Shown: positions 17,130 to 25,808 of the stretch, piece after piece
Layout of the letters: every line of letters begins with the position of its first letter
Position numbering within the stretch: position 1 is the stretch's first letter
Source of the DNA: Patescibacteria group bacterium
GTDB lineage: Bacteria > Patescibacteriota > Minisyncoccia > Phycocordibacterales > UBA2100
Length of the DNA: 35,953 nucleotides
Reading direction: 5' to 3'
Assembly: GCA_015491135.1 (NCBI GenBank)
Contig: WFWK01000070.1
Location: forward strand, 1 to 35,953
The notes under the pieces: generated by a model
The model's database searches: none
The model's input: only the letters and a program-made list of their open reading frames with translations
What the model was told of the DNA's origin: nothing
Made by a program: the position numbers and the translations under genes

Positions 17130-18059
17130 ATGAGCATGTGGATAGGAATAAAAAGAGTTGTAAGAAATGGGGTTATAGGTTTTTTGCGCAACGGTTTTGT
17201 TTCTCTGGCATCAATTTTTATTATCTCCATAACACTTTTTTCCATAGTCGGTGTTATTTTTACAAACGCCGCCTTAAAAGCTGTGCTTGAGCAGTTGGAA
17301 CAAAAAGTAGATATAAATATTTATTTTGTTCCGGATGCTCCAGAGAGTGAAATTCAAAAACTGAAAGCCACACTTGAAAAACAACCTGAAGTTGCCGAGG
17401 TTATCTACATGTCAAAAGATGAGGCCTTGGCGCGTTTTCGCGAAAGACATAAAGACGACCCTGCAACACTTAAAGCTTTAGACGAGTTAGATTCAAACCC
17501 ACTTGGAGCATCGCTTGCAATTCGCGCAAAAGAGATAGGGCAGTATGAAAGTATTGCCAAGTTTTTGGAGGGAAAAACGGAGCTTGAAGCAAATCAAACA
17601 CCTCTTATAGAGCATATAAACTTCTTTAAAAACAAGCCTGTCATAGATAGATTGATTGAGATATCAAAAAGCGCAAAAAGACTGGGGATAGCATTGACGG
17701 TAATTTTGATTTTTGCATCTTTTGTGATTGTGTTTAACACTATAAGACTTGCCATATTCTCGGCCAAAGATGAAATAAGTGTTATGAAGCTGGTTGGAGC
17801 TTCCAACTGGTATGCAAGAGGGCCTTTTGTGATTGAAGCTTCTTTGTATGGGTTTGTCTCCGGGTTGCTGGTTTATGCAATTTCATATCCCATAGCGGTT
17901 TGGCTGGGGCCAGCTTCATATAAATTTTTCGGTAATTTCAGTACGGAAATGTTTTTCGAAGAACACGCACTGTGGCTTTTTGTTGTAACTGTAGGCTCAG
18001 GTGTTCTTTTGGGAGCGATATCAAGTTATTTTGCGGCAAGGAGATATTTAAAGGTTTAG
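17130..18059 (+). CDS. ftsX: cell division permease FtsX
   Basis: One TM, an extracytoplasmic domain and three C-terminal TMs. The MKLVGASNWY motif is typical of FtsX, and the gene follows ftsE. Confidence 0.85.
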   Translation: MSMWIGIKRVVRNGVIGFLRNGFVSLASIFIISITLFSIVGVIFTNAALKAVLEQLEQKVDINIYFVPDAPESEIQKLKATLEKQPEVAEVIYMSKDEALARFRERHKDDPATLKALDELDSNPLGASLAIRAKEIGQYESIAKFLEGKTELEANQTPLIEHINFFKNKPVIDRLIEISKSAKRLGIALTVILIFASFVIVFNTIRLAIFSAKDEISVMKLVGASNWYARGPFVIEASLYGFVSGLLVYAISYPIAVWLGPASYKFFGNFSTEMFFEEHALWLFVVTVGSGVLLGAISSYFAARRYLKV

Positions 18060-18084
18060 TTTATTTATAAGTTAAAGAGTGCGC

Positions 18085-19731
18085 ATGGCAAAATCTAAAA
18101 AGTTTATTTTTGTGATAGGAGGTGTGATGTCGGGGGTGGGAAAAGGAATTACCACCGCATCAATTGGGACAATTCTTCAAGCTAGAGGATATAAGGTAAA
18201 TTTAATGAAAGTTGATCCGTATCTTAATGTTGATGCCGGTACGATGAATCCGACCGAGCACGGTGAGACTTTTGTTTTAAACTCCGGACTTGAGACTGAT
18301 CAAGATATGGGAAATTATGAAAGGTTTTTAAATAAAGATTTACCACCGGAGAACTATCTTACAAGTGGAATGGTTTACAAAACCGTCATAGACAGAGAGC
18401 GTAATTTGGAATATGACGGAGCGTGTGTAGAGGCGATACCTCATGTGCGAGATGAGATTATTTCTCGTTTTGAAAAAGCGGCGAATCAAAACGGAAGCGA
18501 GATAAGTGTTATAGAAATAGGTGGAACCGTGGGAGATTTTCAAAATGCAATGTTTATGGAAGCCGCCAGAGTTATGCATGCGCGCTCTCCCAAAGATGTG
18601 GTTTTTATCATGGTTTCTTATCTGCCCATTCCTTCAAAGGTTGGAGAGATGAAAACAAAGCCGACACAAAATGCTATAAGACAGCTAAACTCCTATGGAA
18701 TACAACCTCATTTTGTAATAGGGCGAAGTGAAGAGCCGATAGACAAAAGAAGAAAAGAGAAAATTGCGATGCAATGTAACATACACCCGGAGAATGTTAT
18801 ATCCGCTCCGGATGTGGACAGTATTTACGATGTTCCTTTGAATTTTGAAAAAGATAATTTGTCAGAGATGTTACTTAAAGAGCTTTCTCTTAGACCGAAG
18901 ACAAAGAAAGCAAACCTTACAAAATGGAAGTCGTTTGTAGCCAAGATTAAAAAAGCAAACAAGCCGGTTAAGATAGCGGTTGTCGGGAAATATTTTGATA
19001 CGGGAGATTTTGTGCTCTCAGATGCATATATTTCAGTTATTGAAGCTATAAAATTCTCAGCATACGAGCTGGGGCTTAAGCCGGAGCTTCATTGGTTAAA
19101 TTCAAAAGATTTTGAAACGAACAAGATAAAAGTAAGCACTCTATCCGGCTATGACGGTGTTATAGTTCCGGGTGGTTTTGGAAAAACCGGAATTGAAGGA
19201 AAGATAAAGGTTATAAAATATGCACGAGAAAACAAAATTCCTTATCTTGGGCTTTGCTACGGAATGCAACTTATGGTTATTGAGTATGCGCGCAATGTTG
19301 CAAAGCTTAAAAATGCAACAAGCAGAGAACTTGACCCCAAGGCCGAGCACTTGGTAATTGACATTATGCCCGAGCAGGTGGAAAAAATAAAAAATAAAGA
19401 TTACGGAGGTACGATGCGGTTGGGCGCATATCCGGCCTATTTAAAGAAAGGAACTATCGCTCGCAGAGCTTACAAAAAAGAGCTTGTAAACGAAAGGCAC
19501 AGGCATCGCTACGAAGTAAATCCTGAGTATGTAAAAACTCTTGAAGAGGCAGGCTTGATGTTCTCAGGGGTATTTCCTGACAAAAAACTTATGGAGATAG
19601 CCGAGCTTCCAGTTAAAAAACATCCCTTCATGTTGGGGGTTCAGTTTCATCCGGAGCTGCAAGCGCGCCCTTTGAGCCCGCATCCGATATTTACCGAATT
19701 TTTAAAGGTGGTGAAGAAAGGTGCGCATTAA
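18085..19731 (+). CDS. pyrG: CTP synthase
   Basis: N-terminal GGVMSGVGKGITTASIG, glutamine amidotransferase GLCYGMQ, and the HRHRYEVN motif. Confidence 0.95.
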   Translation: MAKSKKFIFVIGGVMSGVGKGITTASIGTILQARGYKVNLMKVDPYLNVDAGTMNPTEHGETFVLNSGLETDQDMGNYERFLNKDLPPENYLTSGMVYKTVIDRERNLEYDGACVEAIPHVRDEIISRFEKAANQNGSEISVIEIGGTVGDFQNAMFMEAARVMHARSPKDVVFIMVSYLPIPSKVGEMKTKPTQNAIRQLNSYGIQPHFVIGRSEEPIDKRRKEKIAMQCNIHPENVISAPDVDSIYDVPLNFEKDNLSEMLLKELSLRPKTKKANLTKWKSFVAKIKKANKPVKIAVVGKYFDTGDFVLSDAYISVIEAIKFSAYELGLKPELHWLNSKDFETNKIKVSTLSGYDGVIVPGGFGKTGIEGKIKVIKYARENKIPYLGLCYGMQLMVIEYARNVAKLKNATSRELDPKAEHLVIDIMPEQVEKIKNKDYGGTMRLGAYPAYLKKGTIARRAYKKELVNERHRHRYEVNPEYVKTLEEAGLMFSGVFPDKKLMEIAELPVKKHPFMLGVQFHPELQARPLSPHPIFTEFLKVVKKGAH

Positions 19732-19848
19732 CTAGCGACCCGTTAAATAAGTGTTGATATTATGATAGGTGTTGACTAAATATTATTTTGTCTTTATAAC
19801 TTACAAAGGAAAAGGAGTTTTACAAAATTCAGCAAAAGGAGGTAAAAG

Positions 19849-20616
19849 ATGCAAAAAAGCTACGTAGGCCTTTGGGGTCTTCTGTTTAAACTGGGAATTA
19901 AAGCAGTCTCCATTTTTGCCAAGTTGGGTAAAGTCGGCTTGGCTTCGGTTACGTTTGCTAGTTATTCATATATTTTTTCATGGCAGTTTGCCGCAATGCT
20001 CATTATACAATTATTTGTTCACGAAATGGGCCATGTATGGGCTATGAAAAGGTATGGGATGAATGTACAAGGGGTTTATTTCATTCCTTTTATGGGGGCG
20101 GCAGCTGTAACTGACGACGAGTTCCCTACAAGAAAAGCAGAGGCTGTTATAGCCATTATGGGTCCCGTTTGGGGTTTTGCTTGTGCTGTTGCAACATATC
20201 TTATTTATCTTGCAACTGGCAATCCGATATTTGCAGTTGGAGCTAGTTTTATGGCTCTTGTCAATCTTTTTAATCTGTTGCCCATAAATCCGCTGGATGG
20301 AGGGCGCATTTTTAAATCACTTGCTTTCTCGGTTAACTCTTATGCAGGGTTGGCTGTGGTGGCTTTAGGTCTTGTAGCTGGTTTTTATCTATCTGTCAGA
20401 TACGAAATTTATTTGTTCGCCGTAATTATACTAGTAGGACTTTTCGAGTTGATGTTTGAATTTCGCAACAAAAAAGGAAAGCCACCAATGACTTTCTTGG
20501 AGGTTCTTTTTCTGGCAGTTGGATATATAGGCATATCAGCTCTTTTTGTGGGATTAATGGTTCATGCCGAAAATGTTACCGGAGCTGATATTGCCATGGA
20601 GGTTTTGCGAGGATAA
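19849..20616 (+). CDS. M50-family (site-2 protease-like) membrane metalloprotease
   Basis: HEMGH zinc motif inside a TM segment and NLLPINPLDGGR. A strong SD, AAGGAGGT, lies 5 nt upstream of the ATG. Confidence 0.8.
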   Translation: MQKSYVGLWGLLFKLGIKAVSIFAKLGKVGLASVTFASYSYIFSWQFAAMLIIQLFVHEMGHVWAMKRYGMNVQGVYFIPFMGAAAVTDDEFPTRKAEAVIAIMGPVWGFACAVATYLIYLATGNPIFAVGASFMALVNLFNLLPINPLDGGRIFKSLAFSVNSYAGLAVVALGLVAGFYLSVRYEIYLFAVIILVGLFELMFEFRNKKGKPPMTFLEVLFLAVGYIGISALFVGLMVHAENVTGADIAMEVLRG

Positions 20617-20620
20617 ACAA

Positions 20621-20648
20621 GGACCCGGAGTTTTTCTCCGGGCCTTTT
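20621..20648 (+). terminator. rho-independent terminator after the M50 protease gene
   Basis: Stem CCCGGAG/CTCCGGG with a T-rich loop, followed by TTTT. Confidence 0.6.
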
Positions 20649-20715
20649 AAATTTTAAATTGCGTTTATTTTAAAAATGGGTATTATATATTCGGGCGAAA
20701 GCCCGTGTTGATTTA

Positions 20716-20786
20716 TTGCCGGGTCGTCTAATGGTAGGACAGCGGGTTTTGGTCCCGTTAGTCGGGGTTCGAGTCCCTGCCCGGCA
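20716..20786 (+). tRNA. tRNA-Gln (anticodon TTG)
   Basis: Manual cloverleaf: acceptor TGCCGGG/CCCGGCA (U1-A72, as is typical for tRNA-Gln), anticodon loop TTTTGGT, T arm CGGGG-TTCGAGT-CCCTG. Confidence 0.85.
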
Positions 20787-20792
20787 GCAACA

Positions 20793-21112
20793 ACAGTAAA
20801 CGTTCAATACGGATGTATTGAACGTTTTTCTGTTGTCTGTCCGGCTGGGGCTCGAAGAAAGGCGCTCCGTTATCACTTTTAGCTCTCATAGAGCAGTATG
20901 CATCTTTTAATTTCCGTATCGGTTCTCTTAAAAGGCGGGGCGTGGTGAGGTGTAGGTGCACGAAGCCGGCGAGCCCAGACTGTAGATTTTTAATTAACGC
21001 TTGCGTTGCAAGCGGAGCGATGTTTTTACATCGCTCCTAGAAAATCTACAGTCTGGGCAGGTAAAGGCAGTAAACACTCAATACGAATGTATTGGGTGTT
21101 TTTCTGTTGCCT
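20793..21112 (+). mobile_element. non-coding insert downstream of tRNA-Gln, bracketed by 46-bp direct repeats of the tRNA terminator hairpin
   Basis: DR1 is 20793-20838 and DR2 is 21067-21112 (39/46 identical by eye, with compensatory stem changes). The 228-bp interior (20839-21066) has no credible ORF and carries the nested inverted-repeat element at 20972-21057. Confidence 0.5.
20972..21057. repeat. inverted-repeat element, copy 1 (18-bp arms GCCCAGACTGTAGATTTT enclosing two hairpins)
   Basis: Arms at 20972-20989 and 21040-21057 are perfectly complementary. Inner hairpins are CGCTTGC/GCAAGCG and GGAGCGATG/CATCGCTCC. A second copy lies at 34073-34148. Confidence 0.8.
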
Positions 21113-21228
21113 GGATCATGTTTTAAAGTAGAGGGGTGCGCACTCTCTTTAGTTTATACACAATTGGGTGTTGTGTTTTTAGAGTTTGTATGTGTTATAA
21201 TTTAGTAAATTAAAAGTTATTTACCAAT

Positions 21229-22512
21229 ATGGCAAAAGTTTCTTTCAATGCAATAAATGATGAGTTTCCAGAGAGGAAACCTACAATACGTGACATACAA
21301 CCTACCAAAAGAAAAAAACCGCTAAATTCATATACTTACCCACCGGTGAGAAACTCAGGTAGTAAGTTCAAAAAAGCCGGCTGGGTTTTTCTGGGCCTTG
21401 GGGTTTTACTAGTCTTAGCTACCGTTTTTGTTGTTTTACTGATGGGAAAAACAGATATAAATTTGAAGGTAAGAGAGGCTTCGGTTACACTATCTGACGA
21501 TGTAATAAGAGAAGCTTACAGAACCCCCGAGGAAAACGAACTGCCCTTTGTAGTGTTTGAAGAAGAGGCTACCGAAAGTGTGTTGGTGCCGGCAACCGAG
21601 AAAAAATATGTAGAACAAAAAGCTTCCGGCAAGTTGGTTGTATATAACAAATTTAAGAAAGGACCGCAAAAAATAATAAAAAACACACGTTTTGAAGCGC
21701 CGGATGGCAAAATATACAGAGTAAGAAATTCTTTCATAATACCGGGTTACAAGGTGGTTGATGGAAAAATAGTACCCGGGAAAACCGAAATTATTGTTTA
21801 TGCCGATGAGGCAGGCGAGGAGTACAACAAAGAATCGGCCAAATTTACTTTGCCTGGCTTAAAGGGTGACCCCAGGTATGACAAAATATGGGCTGAAACA
21901 AAAACTCCACTATCAGGCGGATTTAAAGGAACAAAACCGGTAGTCTCAGAAGTTGTGCGAGAGCAGGAAAGCCAAAAACTGGAAGTAACACTAGCCGATA
22001 AACTATACAATAAGTTAAAAGAAAGACTCGCTGACAAATATGTTGTCTTTAAAGATTCACTGTTTATTGATTATCAACTAAACGAAACTGTTAAAGATGA
22101 CGAAGGTGTTGAATTGCAAGCAACGGGAAGAGCTAAAGCGATTGTATTTCCGATGAACAGTTTTGCTGACTTTATTCTTGTCGACTCCGGTGAGGAGTAT
22201 TCCGAAGGTGATAAAACTGTTATCAATACTCAAGAGTTAACTTTTGCGTTTATACAAAAAGATGAAATAGACCCCGATGTAGATGAAGTGGTAAAGTTCA
22301 CCATCTCCGGTACCGCCAAAATACGCTGGAATTTGGATAAAGACAAATTTATACAAGGTGTTTTAGGAAAACCCGAAGACGAGTTTGACGCTTACGCCAG
22401 CTCAAACCCGGCTGTAGTTGATCACTCTTATAAATTGCGACCAATCTGGAGAAGTACATTCCCGACAAATCCAGAGAACATAAGGCTTAATATTGAGTTT
22501 GTAGAGAAGTAA
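21229..22512 (+). CDS. hypothetical membrane-anchored protein (one N-terminal TM, large extracytoplasmic domain)
   Basis: TM segment AGWVFLGLGVLLVLATVFVVLLM. I recognise no family motif. A TG-extended TATAAT lies at 21193-21201, 27 nt upstream of the ATG. Confidence 0.6.
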   Translation: MAKVSFNAINDEFPERKPTIRDIQPTKRKKPLNSYTYPPVRNSGSKFKKAGWVFLGLGVLLVLATVFVVLLMGKTDINLKVREASVTLSDDVIREAYRTPEENELPFVVFEEEATESVLVPATEKKYVEQKASGKLVVYNKFKKGPQKIIKNTRFEAPDGKIYRVRNSFIIPGYKVVDGKIVPGKTEIIVYADEAGEEYNKESAKFTLPGLKGDPRYDKIWAETKTPLSGGFKGTKPVVSEVVREQESQKLEVTLADKLYNKLKERLADKYVVFKDSLFIDYQLNETVKDDEGVELQATGRAKAIVFPMNSFADFILVDSGEEYSEGDKTVINTQELTFAFIQKDEIDPDVDEVVKFTISGTAKIRWNLDKDKFIQGVLGKPEDEFDAYASSNPAVVDHSYKLRPIWRSTFPTNPENIRLNIEFVEK

Positions 22513-22527
22513 TTGTATACTAAATGC

Positions 22528-22743
22528 ATGAGTGAAAAAGAAAAAGATGAAAATTTGAAAGAGGGAGTGGTTCTTGAGATGTTGCCAAATGCCATGTTTA
22601 AGGTTGAAATAGATGGTCAGGAGCAGTTGGCTTACTTGGCAGGTAAAATGCGAATACACAGAATAAAGGTTTTAGTTGGTGATAAAGTATTGGTTAAAAC
22701 TGATCCTTACGGAGGCAAGGGCAGAATAGTTCGTCGTATTTAG
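22528..22743 (+). CDS. infA: translation initiation factor IF-1
   Basis: S1-like EGVVLEMLPNAMFKVEIDGQEQLAYLAGKMRIHRIKVLVGDKVLVKTDPYGGKGRIVRR. I prefer the ATG at 22528. Confidence 0.95.
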   Translation: MSEKEKDENLKEGVVLEMLPNAMFKVEIDGQEQLAYLAGKMRIHRIKVLVGDKVLVKTDPYGGKGRIVRRI

Positions 22744-22838
22744 TAAAGAAGGATAATTTTCTTGGCATCTTGAATTTCTCATTATTTTGTTGCTTGAGGA
22801 AATTTTACCACTAATCTAAATAGGTGTATAATAAATGC

Positions 22839-25427
22839 ATGGTAAATGTAGAGGGACTAACGGATAAGTCAAGAGAAGCTCTGGAATCTGCGGTCTCTTT
22901 CGCTCAAGAGTTTAAAAACAGTACGGTATCACCACTGCATCTTTTACTGGCGCTTTTAAACCAAAAAGACACAGCGGTTGAGCTTGTTTTGCTTTCTTTA
23001 AATGCAGACATTACCCAGTTGGTTCAAGAGGTTAAAAATATTTTATCATCGCATTCCAAAGCCCAATCTCTATCGCAGATGCCCTATATAGAGCAAGATC
23101 TTGTTTCTGTTTTGTCTTCTGCTGAGAGAAGTGCTACAGAAGGTGGCGATGAGTTTGTCAGTACGGAGCACCTACTTTTGGCTTTATTTGACAATCCTCA
23201 AATTAAAAACTTCTTTGAAAACTTTAATATTACAAAAAATGAAATTATTAGCGCTTTAAAAGAAATAAAAGGAGATATGAAAATAGATACAAAAACACCG
23301 GAGAATAAATATAAAGTTCTTCAAAAATATGGCACAGATTTTACAAAATTGGCACAAGAAGGAAAGCTTGATCCTGTAATAGGGAGAGATGATGAAATTC
23401 GCAGAGTAATACAAGTGCTCCTGAGACGAACCAAAAACAACCCAGTACTGATTGGTGATCCGGGAGTCGGAAAGACCGCTATTGTAGAAGGATTGGCGCA
23501 AAGAATTGTTTCAGGTGATGTGCCGGAGTCGCTTAAAAATAAAAAAATTATAGGCCTTGAAATTGGTGCTTTGCTTGCCGGTGCCAAATTCAGGGGAGAG
23601 TTTGAAGAGAGATTTAAATCTGTTTTGGATGAAGTTGAAAAATCAAATGGAGAAATAATCTTGTTTATAGACGAATTGCACACTTTGGTTGGAGCCGGGG
23701 GAAGCGAAGGGGCGGTAGATGCCGGTAACATGATAAAACCCATGCTTGCTCGCGGAAAACTGAGAGTAATAGGTGCTACAACTCTGACAGAGTACAGAAA
23801 ATATATAGAAAAAGACGCTGCTTTGGAAAGGAGGTTTCAAAAAGTTTTTGTAGAGGAGCCTTCGGTTGAAGAGACGATAGCAATATTACGTGGTCTAAAA
23901 GAAAAGTATGAAATCCATCATGGAGTAAAAATCACAGACGGAGCGATAGTTGCGGCCGCTAAAATGGCAGACAGATATATAACCGATCGTTTTGCTCCTG
24001 ACAAAGCGATTGACCTGATAGATGAGGCAACCTCAATGTTAAAGATGGAAATTGAGAGCATGCCGGAGGAGATAGAAAAATTACAAAGGCAAATAAGCAT
24101 GCTCAAAATTCAAAAAGAGGCTCTAAAACTTGAAAAAGACGAAGCAAGCAAAGAGAACCTGTCCAACATTGACCAAAAACTCGCATCTCTGCAGGAAGAG
24201 TATGAGGCAAAGCTTGCTCGTTGGAAAAAAGAAAAAGAGCTTGTAAAAACCGTTCGCGAACTTTCGGAGAAGATAGAGCAATTGAAAATTGAACAAGAAC
24301 AAGCACAAAGAGACGGAAATTATGAAAAAGCGGCTGAAATACAGTATGCAAAAATCCCCGAGTTGCAAAAGAAAATTGAAGAAGCCAAAAAAGAGCTTGA
24401 AAAAATACCGGAAAACGAGCGTTTTATAAGAGAAGAGGTGACCGCTGAAGATATAGCAAATGTTGTTTCAAAATGGACGGGAATTCCAGTTTCAAAGCTA
24501 ATGCAAGATGAGGCAGGAAAACTCACTCATCTTGAAGATGAACTTAGAAAGTACGTGGTGGGACAAAATGAAGCCGTTGAGGCCGTAGCGCGAGCGATAA
24601 GGAGAGCGCGTGCCGGTCTTAAGGCGCACAATAGACCGATAGGATCGTTTCTGTTTTTGGGACCAACTGGAGTTGGTAAAACCGAGCTTGTAAAAGCTTT
24701 GGCTGAAGTCTTGTTTAATGACAGACATGCCATTGTCAGAATAGATATGTCGGAGTATATGGAAAAACATGCCGTCTCAAGGCTTATAGGAGCGCCTCCC
24801 GGTTATGTTGGATATGAAGAGGCGGGGCAGTTGACAGAACCGGTCAGAAGAAGACCGTATTCGGTTGTGTTGTTTGATGAGATCGAAAAGGCTCACCCCG
24901 AGGTGTTCAACATACTTTTGCAAGTTCTGGATGACGGCAGACTCACCGACTCACAAGGAAGAGTTGTTGATTTTTCAAATACAATTATAGTTATGACATC
25001 CAACCTTGGAAGTGGCATCATATATGAATGGGACGGGAAAGACTCAAAAGATCTGCAAAGCCGAGTAATGAAACGAGTTTTGCAACACTTTAAGCCCGAG
25101 TTTATAAACCGAATTGACGATATCATTATCTTCCACAGGTTGTCTGAAGAAGATCTAAAACAAATAGTTGATATCCAGCTTCAAAATGTTGCAAAAGAAT
25201 TGCAACAAGAAAGGCGTATCACTCTTGTGGTTGACGATTCGGCAAAGAAGCTTCTTGCAAAAGAGGGTTATGAGCCGGCATTTGGAGCGCGACCACTTAA
25301 AAGAGCTATACAACGCTTGCTTCTTGACGAGTTGGCAATGCAAATTATAGAAGGCAAAATAAAAGATGGAGATAAAGTTGTCGTAAAGGCCAAAGGTGAC
25401 AAACTCGTTTTTGAAAATGAAAAATAA
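22839..25427 (+). CDS. clpB: ATP-dependent chaperone ClpB
   Basis: Clp N-domain; NBD1 [15 protein letters not shown]; long coiled-coil middle domain; NBD2 [15 protein letters not shown]; [11 protein letters not shown] prefer the ATG at 22839, which gives [18 protein letters not shown]. Confidence 0.95.
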   Translation: MVNVEGLTDKSREALESAVSFAQEFKNSTVSPLHLLLALLNQKDTAVELVLLSLNADITQLVQEVKNILSSHSKAQSLSQMPYIEQDLVSVLSSAERSATEGGDEFVSTEHLLLALFDNPQIKNFFENFNITKNEIISALKEIKGDMKIDTKTPENKYKVLQKYGTDFTKLAQEGKLDPVIGRDDEIRRVIQVLLRRTKNNPVLIGDPGVGKTAIVEGLAQRIVSGDVPESLKNKKIIGLEIGALLAGAKFRGEFEERFKSVLDEVEKSNGEIILFIDELHTLVGAGGSEGAVDAGNMIKPMLARGKLRVIGATTLTEYRKYIEKDAALERRFQKVFVEEPSVEETIAILRGLKEKYEIHHGVKITDGAIVAAAKMADRYITDRFAPDKAIDLIDEATSMLKMEIESMPEEIEKLQRQISMLKIQKEALKLEKDEASKENLSNIDQKLASLQEEYEAKLARWKKEKELVKTVRELSEKIEQLKIEQEQAQRDGNYEKAAEIQYAKIPELQKKIEEAKKELEKIPENERFIREEVTAEDIANVVSKWTGIPVSKLMQDEAGKLTHLEDELRKYVVGQNEAVEAVARAIRRARAGLKAHNRPIGSFLFLGPTGVGKTELVKALAEVLFNDRHAIVRIDMSEYMEKHAVSRLIGAPPGYVGYEEAGQLTEPVRRRPYSVVLFDEIEKAHPEVFNILLQVLDDGRLTDSQGRVVDFSNTIIVMTSNLGSGIIYEWDGKDSKDLQSRVMKRVLQHFKPEFINRIDDIIIFHRLSEEDLKQIVDIQLQNVAKELQQERRITLVVDDSAKKLLAKEGYEPAFGARPLKRAIQRLLLDELAMQIIEGKIKDGDKVVVKAKGDKLVFENEK

Positions 25428-25758
25428 AGTAAAAATAAAACTGCTAATCACAGATCAAAAGCGAGTATTACTCGTTCGAAGTACCAGTTTGCCCGATAGG
25501 GAAAATTTCGGCGAGTACTATTCCATGCCGTCTTTTAAAGTCTCTTTGGACGAGGTAGTAAATTTCAGAATTTGGGTTATGAACAATTTGGGTGTAGTGC
25601 TTGATTCATGGAAAGAGGTGAACTCTCAAAACAGTTATAAAATTTTTGTCGGATTATGCAAAAACTTACCTGATGAGTATCCATTTAAGCCGGTAGATTT
25701 TGACGAAATTGGCAAATGGTGTTTTGACACAAGCTTTAATGTGAGGGATTTACTATAA
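25417..25758 (+). CDS. hypothetical protein (possibly a degenerate Nudix-like fold)
   Basis: The ATG overlaps the clpB stop by 11 nt. [17 protein letters not shown] resembles a Nudix N-terminus, but the Nudix box residues are not conserved. Confidence 0.4.
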   Translation: MKNKVKIKLLITDQKRVLLVRSTSLPDRENFGEYYSMPSFKVSLDEVVNFRIWVMNNLGVVLDSWKEVNSQNSYKIFVGLCKNLPDEYPFKPVDFDEIGKWCFDTSFNVRDLL

Positions 25759-25808
25759 AGTACAGGACCGCTTTTGATTTACTTGTAGCTGTAGTATAAT
25801 CTCGCTTA

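Noticed and set aside
20793-21112. An intact genomic island or prophage integrated at the tRNA genes
   Set aside because: The segments bracketed by the direct repeats are only 157-336 bp and contain no ORFs. No integrase, excisionase or phage gene occurs anywhere in the window.
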